40,255 nt of DNA from a virus. The stretch lies in IMG/VR virus record IMGVR_UViG_3300020215_000040, positions 1 through 40,255 of that record, one strand, 5' to 3'. This document shows positions 17,699 to 25,384 of this stretch, piece after piece. The translations under genes were made by a program, and so were the position numbers. The notes beneath the pieces are model-generated. The model was given only the letters and a program-made list of their open reading frames with translations. It was not told where the DNA came from and searched no databases. Numbering within the stretch: position 1 is the first letter of the stretch; every line of letters starts with the position of its first letter.

Positions 17699-18489
17699 AG
17701 ATTTGCGAATGGTCCGGTGTTTTTGGTTGGAGCCTTAACGAAATTCACACGCTTGCGGATCTCATTAAACCGGGAAGCAAAGCCAGCTAGCGAAGCGGCA
17801 TGCTTGCAATCGAAGTCGTTCGGAAGCTCCCAAGCCAGCCGGGCAATCGAAATGAGGTTCTCAGGTGTTTCTATCGTTAAAAGTCGATCGGCCGCCGTTC
17901 CATCCTTCGCACCCTGAAAGAGGTACTTTGAGGAGAAGAATTTCTCATACGAAGAACACCAAAGGTCAGTGAACTGGCGCTTCAGACTTGCCGAAGGCGA
18001 GTCGCTAACCTTCTTTCCATTCCCTTCTTTCCCTTCCTTCCCTTCAGCGGGAGATGATGCTGGACGTTCAGGAGCATCTGCTGGACGAGCAGGAGATGAT
18101 GCTGGAATTTCAGTTGAGCCACCCATATTGATGGAGTTCGGTGCCGATTTAACGGACTCAGGAACCGTTTCTAACCATCCAATTTTAGGGTCACTTAGAA
18201 TCTGGATGGCGGTCTCAAATCTCTCTTTTGGAAAGCCTGTCATTAGGCTCATATCCTCAGAGGTGATGGGTCCATCCTCATCTTTTAGTTGTCCCCTAAC
18301 TGGCATTTTACTGGCAATTTGCAGAATCAACATCCATGCGCCAAATACATCCAATCCGTTTTGCAGGTTTGCAATACGTCGGAATGATTTGCCGTCATGC
18401 TTGTTTGGAACTGGAACCCATCGAAGATGCTGTAACTTTCTGGTTTCAGCTGTTTCGAATAGGTCGTTCCAATGTTTAATGATATACAT
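17695..18489 (-). CDS. Replication organiser / initiator-type protein
   Basis: 264 aa directly upstream of the helicase, with a strong GGAGGAG ribosome-binding site. Two domains are joined by a repetitive PASSPA / GKEGKEG linker that contains iteron-like DNA repeats. Confidence 0.6.
   Translation of the reverse strand: MYIIKHWNDLFETAETRKLQHLRWVPVPNKHDGKSFRRIANLQNGLDVFGAWMLILQIASKMPVRGQLKDEDGPITSEDMSLMTGFPKERFETAIQILSDPKIGWLETVPESVKSAPNSINMGGSTEIPASSPARPADAPERPASSPAEGKEGKEGNGKKVSDSPSASLKRQFTDLWCSSYEKFFSSKYLFQGAKDGTAADRLLTIETPENLISIARLAWELPNDFDCKHAASLAGFASRFNEIRKRVNFVKAPTKNTGPFANL
18050..18112. repeat. Three tandem 21-bp iteron-like repeats (candidate origin)
   Basis: The units are GGAGATGATGCTGGACGTTCA, GGAGCATCTGCTGGACGAGCA and GGAGATGATGCTGGAATTTCA, with exact 21-bp phasing. 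A polypyrimidine TTCCCTTC tract lies next to them at 18011-18045. Confidence 0.6.
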
Positions 18490-18545
18490 CTGGGTTTATT
18501 TGTTACTCTCCTCCATCGACCTCTCAGGAGACCGTTACTAAATTG

Positions 18546-19364
18546 TTAAGCTGCTTGCTTCAGTTGTTTTACTACTGGTGAGTACTTTTTGAGGTAACTC
18601 CACAGGAAGGATGCATTCTTAAATGCTTTCCAATGCTCTTCGTACTCGGCCGTGTCCCAGACATGAGGGAATACACCCGGCTTATTGGTGTTGATAACCA
18701 CGCTAATGAGGTGCGTAGGTTTCAGGAATGGGTCATCCTTGGCCAAGATAGCTTGGCGATAGGCTTCTAATTGAAGTGGCCAAGTCTCGTAAAGGGTAGG
18801 CTTGTCTAATTTAACGTTCTGAGTTTTGAAATCGATTACAGCTAAACCGACATCTTTAACTCTTGCGCATAAATCCAAGCGACCGGCATATCCCTCAATT
18901 TCATGAATGACAACCCGTTCACATAGAGCCACGGCTTCAACATGGTTGTCTAACCAAGTTTTAAAAGGTTCAAAGAGGGATACAATCTGAGGATCTTTAG
19001 GGAGAACCTTGCTAATTAAGTAATCTTCAGCCGCCGAGTGAACCAATGAACCAAGTTCACTAGCCTTATTTACTTGGCTCATCGAATCCTCGACTACCCG
19101 CTTAGCGAATTGATCTAAGGATTCATCTGCTCCTTTAGGTAACGTAAGAGCCGATAGAATCCCTTGCTCAACCCTCCATGCATCTAATCCGGGCTTAGCT
19201 AATACACTTAGTCGGTTAGTCACAGAGGGAAGAGCGCCTACTTTGCGGGCATCACGTAATGTGACAGGTCTTTCCCCTTTACCGTCGGCACGTGCTACCG
19301 TGTGGTAGGGTGTGCCGTCCGGTAAATACCAATGGGAAGGTTGTTGGCGTTCTACTAAGATCAT
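18546..19364 (-). CDS. PD-(D/E)xK exonuclease (RecB/Cas4/lambda-Exo type)
   Basis: The motifs GRLDL, VIDFKT and QLEAYRQA give the D, (D/E)xK, QxxxY series. Confidence 0.75.
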   Translation of the reverse strand: MILVERQQPSHWYLPDGTPYHTVARADGKGERPVTLRDARKVGALPSVTNRLSVLAKPGLDAWRVEQGILSALTLPKGADESLDQFAKRVVEDSMSQVNKASELGSLVHSAAEDYLISKVLPKDPQIVSLFEPFKTWLDNHVEAVALCERVVIHEIEGYAGRLDLCARVKDVGLAVIDFKTQNVKLDKPTLYETWPLQLEAYRQAILAKDDPFLKPTHLISVVINTNKPGVFPHVWDTAEYEEHWKAFKNASFLWSYLKKYSPVVKQLKQAA

Positions 19365-19368
19365 ATGA

Positions 19369-19863
19369 TTAAAATGGAATATCTTCGTTGGCTAAGTCTG
19401 GTTCATTGCTGGTAGAACCAGCTTGATCTTCGGTTCTGTCTTTAACTCGGATGTATTCACCGGATGGCGTTAGCTTTGTGCCATTGGCTTTTAAAACTGT
19501 TTCAACGTTTGCGAAAACTCGGCCATCTTCTGATTCGTTGTGAACCACGACAATCTGACAGGGAGCGCCTATGATCTTTTCAATGTCGAAGCCTTTTAAC
19601 TCTTCTGGTGTAAAATCTCGACCTCTCCATCCTTTAAGATGCTTTCTGAGAGTTGATTTTGGTCCGATAGATGCACCGTAAGATTGAACAACTAGAAATC
19701 GCTTTCCGTTTGGTTGCTTAGCTTCAACCTCCCAAACAAGTCGGAGCTTTGGCTTTTTACCCCATTGGGTATCAACTAAACCTAAGTCCACTACATCTAC
19801 ACAGACTGCGTTGTTAACTCCATCTGGAGCCGGTGTATAGTTACTGTCATGTTTTAATATCAT
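19369..19863 (-). CDS. ssDNA-binding-type protein with SSB-like C-terminal tip
   Basis: 164 aa ending in an acidic tail, ...NEPDLANEDIPF (compare bacterial SSB ...DDDIPF). Adjacent to the exonuclease. Confidence 0.55.
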   Translation of the reverse strand: MILKHDSNYTPAPDGVNNAVCVDVVDLGLVDTQWGKKPKLRLVWEVEAKQPNGKRFLVVQSYGASIGPKSTLRKHLKGWRGRDFTPEELKGFDIEKIIGAPCQIVVVHNESEDGRVFANVETVLKANGTKLTPSGEYIRVKDRTEDQAGSTSNEPDLANEDIPF

Positions 19864-19875
19864 ATGTTGTTTGTG

Positions 19876-20094
19876 TTATAGTTGTTTGGTTTCAGAAATC
19901 ATCAGAGGCTGCGAGTGTTCCCTCTCTCTCAAACCGGTGCCGCTTCCCCGTGTGACCAACACGGAAGCCTCTAGGAAATTTGATATGACTAAAAACCTGT
20001 TGTTCTCACATGGAACACAATGGTGAATTGTTGTGCCGCCGATGCGGTGAGTAATCGGAGCGTGTTGGGTGTGGCAAATAAAACAGGCTGTCAT
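19876..20094 (-). CDS. Small Cys/His-rich protein (tentative)
   Basis: 72 aa with CFICH ... HHCVPC. The C-terminal half looks non-protein-like and contains a hairpin. Confidence 0.35.
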   Translation of the reverse strand: MTACFICHTQHAPITHRIGGTTIHHCVPCENNRFLVISNFLEASVLVTRGSGTGLREREHSQPLMISETKQL

Positions 20095-20170
20095 AGTGTG
20101 ATTGATTTAATCCCTTGAAGTTTCAAGCGATGCAGATTGCGGTAGTAGCGAACTTTGCGGATTAGGTAGT

Positions 20171-20380
20171 TCATAAGCCTTTAAATGCGGTTGCTTCTCG
20201 TTTCTTCTTGTCGAGATATTCGATGATTGCGTAACCCGGGATCTTGTAATGCCCTCCTTGTTTACGTGGTAGAACGACGTCGATCTCTTCGCACTCAATC
20301 ATGTCGAGAATGGTGTTGCGGTGGAACCGGAGTATCTTTGCTACTTCCGTTGTCTTATATAGTTGTTCGGGGTCTATCAT
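20171..20380 (-). CDS. Excisionase-family (HTH_17) DNA-binding protein in the Cro position
   Basis: MIDPEQLYKTTEVAKILRFHRNTILDMIECEEI ... GGHYKIP. The ORF-track start at 20446 is TTG and the first ATG is at 20380. It is the first gene of the leftward operon, divergent from the repressor. Confidence 0.7.
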   Translation of the reverse strand: MIDPEQLYKTTEVAKILRFHRNTILDMIECEEIDVVLPRKQGGHYKIPGYAIIEYLDKKKREATAFKGL

Positions 20381-20743
20381 TGTGCTGACGGGGTTATTAG
20401 TTGAACTTATGGGAGGAAAAAATTTCTCATTTTCCCCACTAGGCAAATTGTAAAACTGTGTTAAAATACGGTGGGGTTGAGGTGTTAATTTCTGTCTTTT
20501 TTAAAAACTCCAAAATATTTATTAATTTAGTCATTTGTTTGGTCTTGTGTTTTTAAACTAACTACGCAAAGTAGCGACGTGAGACTCTTTGAGATGTTGC
20601 GAGAGATCAAAGGGACTCACAGGAAACTGGCGATTTGACACAGAAGATGCGGCGTGAAGCCGTTGACCTTGACTGCAACCTATGAATCCCTTTGATATCT
20701 TAGCTTTCGTTTTCATTCTTTTGTGTCGGGCTCGCCAGCGCCG

Positions 20744-20759
20744 TGTTCAATATAGAACA
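20744..20759. promoter_or_regulatory. Palindrome TGTTCAATATAGAACA (candidate operator)
   Basis: 5-bp arms with a 6-bp AT spacer, 24 nt upstream of the repressor ATG. Confidence 0.4.
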
Positions 20760-20760
20760 A

Positions 20761-20786
20761 ACATTAGTTAGAAATATAACTAATGT
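20761..20786. promoter_or_regulatory. Perfect 10+6+10 palindrome ACATTAGTTA-GAAATA-TAACTAATGT over the repressor start codon
   Basis: The arms are exact reverse complements. The right arm contains ATG 20783. Confidence 0.5.
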
Positions 20787-21439
20787 CAACAACAAATATA
20801 ACTTTTGTGGAAAAAAAGTTTGATTTAGAACACGAACTTCAAATTCGCGGTCTCACGAAGGCTGATCTCCATCGAATGAGTGGAGTTAGTAAGCCAACTT
20901 TGTCATTGATTGAAAAAAAGGGAATTGAAGCCTCTCATCCTTCTACCATTCGCTTGATCAAAGAAGCGCTCGAGACGTTTGATAAAGGCACTCTAAAAGA
21001 GGATATTTCTAATTATAAGGTGGAGCTAGAGTTGACGAGGGAGGTTCCAATTATTGCTATGTCCACAGCTGGACAAGCCCATGATTTCTATGGCATACCG
21101 ATAGCCCACCAAATCACTGTTCCCGTGCATATCCCCAAGCACATTAAGAAGGCGGTAGGTATTAAGATAGTTGGTGACTCAATGGAACCACGCTACTACG
21201 CGGGCCAAGTTGTGATTGTTACTGATGAAAGAAAGCCCATAAACGGAGATTTAGTTGTAGCTAACATAAAGAATATGGGTCCTGTCTTTAAGAAGTTCCA
21301 TTGCAACGGCGACCCTCACAACACGATCATTACTCTTTCAAGTTTTAATGAAAAGTATGAGCCAATTCGGCTAAAGGAAGAGGATCTTTATTGGCATTAC
21401 CCTGTTCTACAGGTCGTCGATACGCTTGGCCGCATTTAA
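20783..21439 (+). CDS. CI/LexA-type repressor (XRE HTH plus S24 autopeptidase)
   Basis: N-terminal HTH (LHRMSGVSKPTLSLIEKKG). C-terminal GDSMEP (Ser) and VFKKF (Lys) form the S24 dyad. Confidence 0.85.
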   Translation: MSTTNITFVEKKFDLEHELQIRGLTKADLHRMSGVSKPTLSLIEKKGIEASHPSTIRLIKEALETFDKGTLKEDISNYKVELELTREVPIIAMSTAGQAHDFYGIPIAHQITVPVHIPKHIKKAVGIKIVGDSMEPRYYAGQVVIVTDERKPINGDLVVANIKNMGPVFKKFHCNGDPHNTIITLSSFNEKYEPIRLKEEDLYWHYPVLQVVDTLGRI

Positions 21440-21453
21440 GGTTTAATACTTCT

Positions 21454-21831
21454 ATGAAATGTCCGCAATGTTTTGTGTTTGTTGATGAACACGGAAAATG
21501 TGAGTGTGGTTTTGATGGTCAAAATATAAATGAGAATTTAAGGTCAGCTTTCAAAGAGTACTATGTTGGTCGTCGATGGAGGTTCTTTACTTGGGGTGTG
21601 TTTTTCTTGTTGGTGTCGGTCGTTTTGATTCTCTCTAATTTAAAATTCATGGAGCTAACAGGTATTGACGCTTGGTATATTTTAGGAGCTGTGGACATTT
21701 TCATTGTAGGATTTGTTACACATTGGATTACAAAAGGCTTTTTCGAGACAACAGGGCAGGGATGGTCAGAGTTTGTTTCAGAGGGGTACTCGAAATGGAG
21801 AGCTGAAGTCATCAATAGATCGTCTCGATAA
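21454..21831 (+). CDS. Zinc-ribbon protein with two transmembrane helices (repressor-linked accessory gene)
   Basis: MKCPQCFVFVDEHGKCECG is followed by the helices FFTWGVFFLLVSVVLILS and WYILGAVDIFIVGFVTHWI. ATG 21454 is chosen over the upstream non-ATG start. Confidence 0.65.
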   Translation: MKCPQCFVFVDEHGKCECGFDGQNINENLRSAFKEYYVGRRWRFFTWGVFFLLVSVVLILSNLKFMELTGIDAWYILGAVDIFIVGFVTHWITKGFFETTGQGWSEFVSEGYSKWRAEVINRSSR

Positions 21832-21924
21832 GAGACTCCACCCACAGTTTCTACCTACGCTTTCCTGCCTCCATAAAATGTTGAATGTTTGCTTCGTTTC
21901 GTGGTTTCGTGTAAAAATGGCAAA

Positions 21925-22692
21925 ATGACCAATCAACTTAATTTTCAATTTATCGACAGGGAAATTGAGGGGGCTTTAATTCAGCAACGGGCAATGGATG
22001 GATACATCAATGCGACTGCTTTATGTAATGCTGTTGGCAAGAAGTTCAGTGATTATTCTAGACTAGATACAACAAAGGAGTTCCTAGAGGCTTTATCTTC
22101 CGATGCGGGAATTCCCGCATCGGGACTTGTTGTCACAGTAAAGGGAGGGATTCCTCAAATGCAAGGTACTTGGGTTCATCCTGACGTGGCGGTTCATTTA
22201 GGTCAGTGGCTTTCTCCAAAATTTGCTGTCGCGGTATCTAAATGGGTTCGCGAGTGGATGAGTGGTGCTGTCAAAACTAGGTTGCCTTATCATATTCAAC
22301 GATACATTGCTAATAGATCTGAGGTTCCACATACGCATTTTTCTGTCCTGAATGAGCTCACCTTTTCGTTGATTGGGCCCTTGGAAAGCTCAGGATACAC
22401 ATTACCTGAGAATTTACTTCCTGATATTTCGGAGGGGCGCATGTTTGCCAAATGGTTGCGGGATGAGAAAAAAGTAGATACAAAAAGCCTACCAACCTAC
22501 AAACATGTTTATGCAGATGGTAGAATGGTTGATGCTCGGCTTTATCCAAACGAATGGCTGGCAGATTTTAGAAAACATTTTCATGAGGTATGGCTACCCC
22601 AGCGAGCAAGAAAGTATTTTGAGGAAAAAGATCCTAAGGCCTTAGAATATCTTCCTAAACTGCTTGATGAGTCTTCAAATTTTCCGTTTTGA
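21925..22692 (+). CDS. KilA-N domain protein
   Basis: MDGYINATALCNAVGKKFSDY ... GTWVHPDVAVHLGQWLSPKFAVAVSKWV. The first ATG is 21925; the track start at 21889 is TTG. Confidence 0.75.
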   Translation: MTNQLNFQFIDREIEGALIQQRAMDGYINATALCNAVGKKFSDYSRLDTTKEFLEALSSDAGIPASGLVVTVKGGIPQMQGTWVHPDVAVHLGQWLSPKFAVAVSKWVREWMSGAVKTRLPYHIQRYIANRSEVPHTHFSVLNELTFSLIGPLESSGYTLPENLLPDISEGRMFAKWLRDEKKVDTKSLPTYKHVYADGRMVDARLYPNEWLADFRKHFHEVWLPQRARKYFEEKDPKALEYLPKLLDESSNFPF

Positions 22693-23869
22693 GTAGTCCC
22701 CAAAACTTCTCAGCCTCATCTTTTGGAATAGCGCGGCGGTAGTGTAAATCAATGATCCTAATAGAATTTTCCATGATCTCGGCTAGGCGTGGCTTTCCAC
22801 CTTCAAATCCTTTTACACCTTCTTTGCTCATGCTTAGCCAATAAGAAGCAAAACTATGTCGCATGGCATCATTCGGCCATGGATTGCTTTCATCAAATCC
22901 GGCTAAAAGCTTAATAGCGTCCCATCGTTTTCTGAAATTAACCGTAGATACAATTAAGCCGGATTGCTTCTTATGCTGAAGTAGTAGTTTTGAAAGCTCA
23001 GAAGTTATTGAGATATATCGCTTGTCTTTTATCTTTGTGGAATAAACCTCAATTTCGTTTGTGTTGAAATGTACGTGCTCCCATCGAAGTGGTTGAAGTT
23101 CAGCCTCAGGTCTTAATCCCATGAAGAGACCAATAGCGACATAAGGAACAAATTCATCAGGCCATCTAGACTTCTTAGCGGTCTCAAGTAATGTCCCGCA
23201 TTGCTCCACATTGAGAATTTTTACCTCACCGGGGGTATATGACACTTCAACGAACTCGCAGGGATTATGCTGTATGTATTCGCGTCCCGGTGTTTTACAC
23301 CACAGAAAAAACTCAGACAGTATGCGTCTTGTATTGTACTTGGTGCATTCCGAAAGCTTACTGGCGTTGAACAGCTCTTGCAAATTGGCTGGGGAAATAT
23401 CAAAGACAAGCTTGTCATGTAGCGGCTCTAATATTTTTGCTTTGTCTTCGTTTGTTGTAATCGTTTTTTTACTTAACTTGTCATTGCTGCGTTTGAATAA
23501 AAACCACTCATCTAAAGCTTTTTTTAAAGGAATAGAATACTCACGCTTTGCTAAGTGGGTGGCGTAAAAGCGAGCGGCTTCTGTGAGTGTTGTCTGAAAA
23601 GGTTTAAGAATCTCTTTTGCTGTGATGGCATCATGAGTTAGAGAAGCCGAAATTGTTCCCGCCTCTACTCCATACCTTTTTGTTTTATCTAGGATGGCAG
23701 CAGCCCTTGCTTCTGCTCTCTTTTTCGTCTCAAACTTTTCTCTTGAACCGGATGCAACTCCGTTTACCATCTTCCTTGAATCAACGAGCCACCATCCGTT
23801 TTTAAACTCGATTTTAGGCCATGACTTCTTGGTTGTTTCTTGTGCGGGTTGAGTGATGAGTTGATTCAT
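22655..23869 (-). CDS. int: Tyrosine integrase
   Basis: The C-terminal catalytic region has GLRPEAE, AMRHSFASYW and IDLHYRR. Adjacent to the tRNA-derived att. The track start at 23932 is TTG and the first ATG is 23869. Confidence 0.85.
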   Translation of the reverse strand: MNQLITQPAQETTKKSWPKIEFKNGWWLVDSRKMVNGVASGSREKFETKKRAEARAAAILDKTKRYGVEAGTISASLTHDAITAKEILKPFQTTLTEAARFYATHLAKREYSIPLKKALDEWFLFKRSNDKLSKKTITTNEDKAKILEPLHDKLVFDISPANLQELFNASKLSECTKYNTRRILSEFFLWCKTPGREYIQHNPCEFVEVSYTPGEVKILNVEQCGTLLETAKKSRWPDEFVPYVAIGLFMGLRPEAELQPLRWEHVHFNTNEIEVYSTKIKDKRYISITSELSKLLLQHKKQSGLIVSTVNFRKRWDAIKLLAGFDESNPWPNDAMRHSFASYWLSMSKEGVKGFEGGKPRLAEIMENSIRIIDLHYRRAIPKDEAEKFWGLLKTENLKTHQAV

Positions 23870-23870
23870 A

Positions 23871-24162
23871 TTTTGGCACTGAAGTCCTAAAAATCGGGTG
23901 CAATTTTTGGCATTCTTTTGGCACTGAGTCAATCCTCATAGGGGAAAACATGGGTTCCGAAGACCGATGCTCTATCCAGTTGAGCTATGAGTGCGTTGTA
24001 CCTTAGAATCCCCTTTTTCCTTCATTCTCAGAGGAGAAATCCCTTTTTTGGACTCACTTTCTAAGTAAACATTCTGCACATTAGTAAACAGGCATTCAAG
24101 CCCGTTTAAGCAGAATTTTTGGCACCAGTGCCAAAATCCATTGCCAAAATTTTGGCACTGAG
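23871..24162. repeat. Seven copies of TTTTGGCA (three extended to TTTTGGCACTGA[G]) flanking the att core: candidate arm-type sites
   Basis: Forward copies at 23871, 23905, 23916, 24117 and 24150. Inverted copies at 24129 and 24142. These form the palindromes TTTTGGCACCAGTGCCAAAA and TTGCCAAAATTTTGGCA. Confidence 0.6.
23953..23994 (-). other. 5' half of a tRNA-Arg(UCG) gene, candidate attP core
   Basis: The minus strand reads GCACTCA TA GCTC AACTGGATA GAGC A TCGGT CTTCGGA ACC. That is acceptor strand, D-arm and anticodon arm with anticodon TCG. No T-arm follows. Confidence 0.65.
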
Positions 24163-24191
24163 GATAGTACTATTTAACCCCTACTAGCTGA

Positions 24192-24488
24192 TTGTACCCG
24201 CAAGACATTGAAGCGAGATTGGCAGCGTTAGAACTAAGGATTCGAGCACTAGAGACCCGTGCAGAGGATAAGACTCGGCACGTCCCGGATTCAGAGAGGT
24301 TGGATTACGTCTGCCAAAAGTTTGGCATCAGCTTAAAGGCGTTTCCGGGGCGCGGGCGTTCATCACATTTGGTTGTGGCAAGGAATGCAGTCATTAGAGA
24401 ACTGTTCATGACCTACGGTTGGAGTATCGAAAAGCTATGCCTATCATCAAAAAGAAGCCGAAAGCAAATAACGCGAGTGATCAGGTAA
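24192..24488 (+). CDS. Small protein with DnaA-domain-IV-like HTH
   Basis: 98 aa. LDYVCQKFGISLKAF.GRGRSSHLVVARNAVIRELFMTYGWSIEKL follows the Bac_DnaA_C pattern. A TTG start is required because there is no early in-frame ATG. Confidence 0.5.
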   Translation: MYPQDIEARLAALELRIRALETRAEDKTRHVPDSERLDYVCQKFGISLKAFPGRGRSSHLVVARNAVIRELFMTYGWSIEKLCLSSKRSRKQITRVIR

Positions 24489-24715
24489 AAAGGTATCGGG
24501 CTCTTCAGCGCAGTGAGGTTTTAAAATTAAGGAGGAGTGCTCGAGGGGTTCAATGGGTTGTTATGTATGAAGATTCACCCATACAAACCTTAACAGAATT
24601 GGCAATGCCTTCAATTCCCGCAATGAGGATTGTGCCACGATATATGGTTAAGGCTGTAGCAAAGGGAATATATGCTCAATGGGTTTACAAGAAAAAGTAT
24701 GAACATTTGGTGTGA
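24437..24715 (+). CDS. Basic hypothetical protein (tentative)
   Basis: 92 aa from ATG 24437. Overlaps the previous ORF by 52 nt. Confidence 0.35.
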   Translation: MPIIKKKPKANNASDQVKRYRALQRSEVLKLRRSARGVQWVVMYEDSPIQTLTELAMPSIPAMRIVPRYMVKAVAKGIYAQWVYKKKYEHLV

Positions 24716-24835
24716 TTGTATGTCCTGTTGTGTCTCAAAAGTAAATCGTTGATTGTCATAGGGGATTGATCAACTTATGTCTCATCAAGTTAGCGCGTCA
24801 GTCGCTATCAACTAGCGTTTTAAGTACTAGTATGG

Positions 24836-25384
24836 TTGTTGACTCGCCGCCCCAAAGCTGATTGGTCTGCTATTAAAGCCGCTTATCAGGCCGGTGAAGG
24901 TTCGTGTCGTGAACTAGCGGAGAGGTTTGGGGTCAGCGAGAATTCCGTCGAGAAACGTTGTTCGCGTGAAGGTTGGAGGCGGGAAAAGGCGGAAATCGTC
25001 GCAAAAGTGGCGGAAAAAGTGGCGGAAAAGGTAGCGGAAATTGAAGCCGACAGTTACTTGAAATGGCGCGATGTAATTAAGCAGCGCTGCCAACGATACC
25101 ATAAATTCATTGATGCTTCTCAGAGTCAGTTTGCTACCAACATTGTAGAGGGTCAGCCTGTACCGATTATTGATGGTGGCGAAATTCTAAACTATGTCCG
25201 TGCTGAAACAGCGGTAGATGAGCTTGCAACTAAAGCTTACGGAATTAAAGACAGTCACGAAGTCGATCTTAAACACTCCGGTGCAATAAATCTCAACGTC
25301 TTCACACCGGAAGTCTTAGAGGAAATGTCGAAGTCTTGGGAAGAGTTTGAGCGTAACAAGCTTAGGCAGGAGGAAGCAGCTTGA
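24836..25384 (+). CDS. terS: Terminase small subunit
   Basis: N-terminal HTH (GSCRELAERFGVSENSVEKRCSREGW), directly upstream of and overlapping terL. A TTG start is obligatory. Confidence 0.75.
   Translation: MLTRRPKADWSAIKAAYQAGEGSCRELAERFGVSENSVEKRCSREGWRREKAEIVAKVAEKVAEKVAEIEADSYLKWRDVIKQRCQRYHKFIDASQSQFATNIVEGQPVPIIDGGEILNYVRAETAVDELATKAYGIKDSHEVDLKHSGAINLNVFTPEVLEEMSKSWEEFERNKLRQEEAA
24979..25042. repeat. Five phased GCGG(G)AAA repeats inside terS, including 3 x 12-bp tandem units
   Basis: GCGGGAAAA at 24979, GGCGGAAAT at 24988, GTGGCGGAAAAA at 25007, GTGGCGGAAAAG at 25019 and GTAGCGGAAATT at 25031. Confidence 0.7.

Noticed and set aside
17969-18541. 190-aa ORF antisense to the replication-organiser gene
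   Set aside because: It is low-complexity and proline/serine/phenylalanine-rich, has no start context, and mirrors the repeat tract of the sense gene. It is a typical antisense shadow ORF.
20107-20298. 63-aa ORF overlapping the excisionase-family HTH gene
   Set aside because: It is an alternative frame of a gene with a clear wHTH motif, and its sequence is low-information.
23211-23567. 118-aa ORF antisense to the integrase, and similar antisense ORFs at 30122-30833 opposite the fibre genes
   Set aside because: They are shadow ORFs of well-supported genes, with no motifs or start signals.
23921-23994. Possible full-length (about 74 nt) tRNA on the minus strand, because CTCAGTGC downstream can pair 6/7 with the acceptor 5' strand
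   Set aside because: The 17-18 nt in the T-arm position (TCCCCTATGAGGATTGA) cannot form a T stem and lack the GTTCGAATC-type loop. The anticodon stem has a C-C mismatch and the register is off by one. The CTCAGTGCCAAAA element is also one of the repeated arm-type sites. I treat the region as a tRNA 5'-half att core, not a tRNA gene.
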